Assembly (NCBI RefSeq): GCF_002113885.1
Contig: NW_018408296.1
Coordinates: forward strand, 8,123-72,122
Source: Mizuhopecten yessoensis
Lineage: Eukaryota
Length of the DNA stretch: 64,000 nt
Reading direction: 5' to 3'
The translations under genes and the position numbers were made by a program. A model generated the notes under the pieces. It worked only from the letters and a program-made list of their open reading frames with translations. It was not told where the DNA came from and searched no databases. Positions 63,195 through 64,000 of the stretch are shown piece by piece. The number at the start of each line of letters is the position of its first letter. Positions within the stretch are counted from its first letter, which is position 1.

Positions 63195-64000
63195 TGTATA
63201 TTTTGTCATTGTATGTTACCAATGAGGTATATTCTGTCATTGGATGTTGCCAGTGAGGTATAATCTGTCACTGTATGTTACCAATGTGGTATATTCTGTC
63301 ATTGGATGTTGCCAGTGAGGTATATTCTGTCACTGTATGTTACCAATGTGGTATATTCTCTTATTGCATGTTGCCAATGTTGTATATTCTGTCAGGTCGC
63401 CGTACGCATGGATATTCAGAGAAAGTGTTTTTCTCCTGCCCACACAAATCCAACAACCCGGATGGAGGATAAATTGGTCTGGGGTGGAAGTTACGGTATT
63501 TGTGCTGTAGCATTCAAGTGAGGTGGCACCATAAATGATTCCGTTGGAAGCACGGTCCCACTACAAACAGAACACACATTAAATCTCCAGCACACACGCG
63601 GGCATACACAGATAGGGAGTTATTAGCCAGGTGGCATAGGACTATTAGTAAGCGCCTGATAAGGCAGCTCCTGCGAATTTCTCAAAATTGTGTTGATTAA
63701 TGTATGCTAATCGTATTAATTGTACATGTATATATATATATGTACTTTAAAGCGCTTTAGAGTGGCTTATGATAGCTAGATAGAACGCTATATCAAATGC
63801 TGTATATATTATAATATATTATATATTATATATTCTGTAACTGAGTGTTGTCAATGTGTTATATTCTGTCATTGTTTTGCCAGTGTGGTATGATTTGTAT
63901 ATTTTATCATTGTATGATGTCACTGAGGTATATTTTATCATTGCATGATGTCATTGTAGTATAGTTTATCATCGCATGATGTCATGGTAGTATATGATAT
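63195..64000. repeat. ~29-bp minisatellite interrupted by a SINE
   Basis: tattctgtcattg.atgtt.cca.tg.ggta units on both sides of the SINE. Confidence 0.85.
63395..63830 (+). mobile_element. SINE (5'-truncated; Meta-like core, L2-like tail) inserted in a minisatellite
   Basis: Core ttcaagtgaggtggcaccataaa; 3' half shared with 24298-24545; AT-rich tail. Confidence 0.7.

Overview
AT-rich, intron- and transposon-rich animal genomic DNA with two assembly gaps. The repeat families suggest a bivalve mollusc, possibly a scallop (inference). Host genes: (1) CHORDC1 on the minus strand, with eight phase-consistent exons from 13959 down to 3008, its 3' end not found in the window, and a perfect heat-shock element just upstream of the ATG; (2) a decayed cytosolic sulfotransferase; (3) an LRR-containing rhodopsin-type GPCR of the GRL101/relaxin-receptor group. 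The GPCR has no visible LDLa module, a candidate TNFR-like Cys-rich N-terminal exon, and an LRR array built from near-identical 72-bp units that vary mainly at the predicted ligand-facing positions. Mobile DNA: a Tc1 transposase remnant, two tail-to-tail CR1/L2-type LINE fragments, a near full-length two-ORF LINE, four Helentron-type non-autonomous elements with internal satellite arrays, SINEs and MITEs. There is also a 423-bp TRIM with tRNA-derived LTRs (Helenus-like), a Gypsy-like 5' fragment joined to a fold-back palindrome, and a ~10-kb Kolobok-type DNA transposon. The transposon encodes a DDE transposase plus a YqaJ exonuclease and appears to carry a spliced Spindlin/Tudor-like extension. 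All calls were made by eye; no searches were run.
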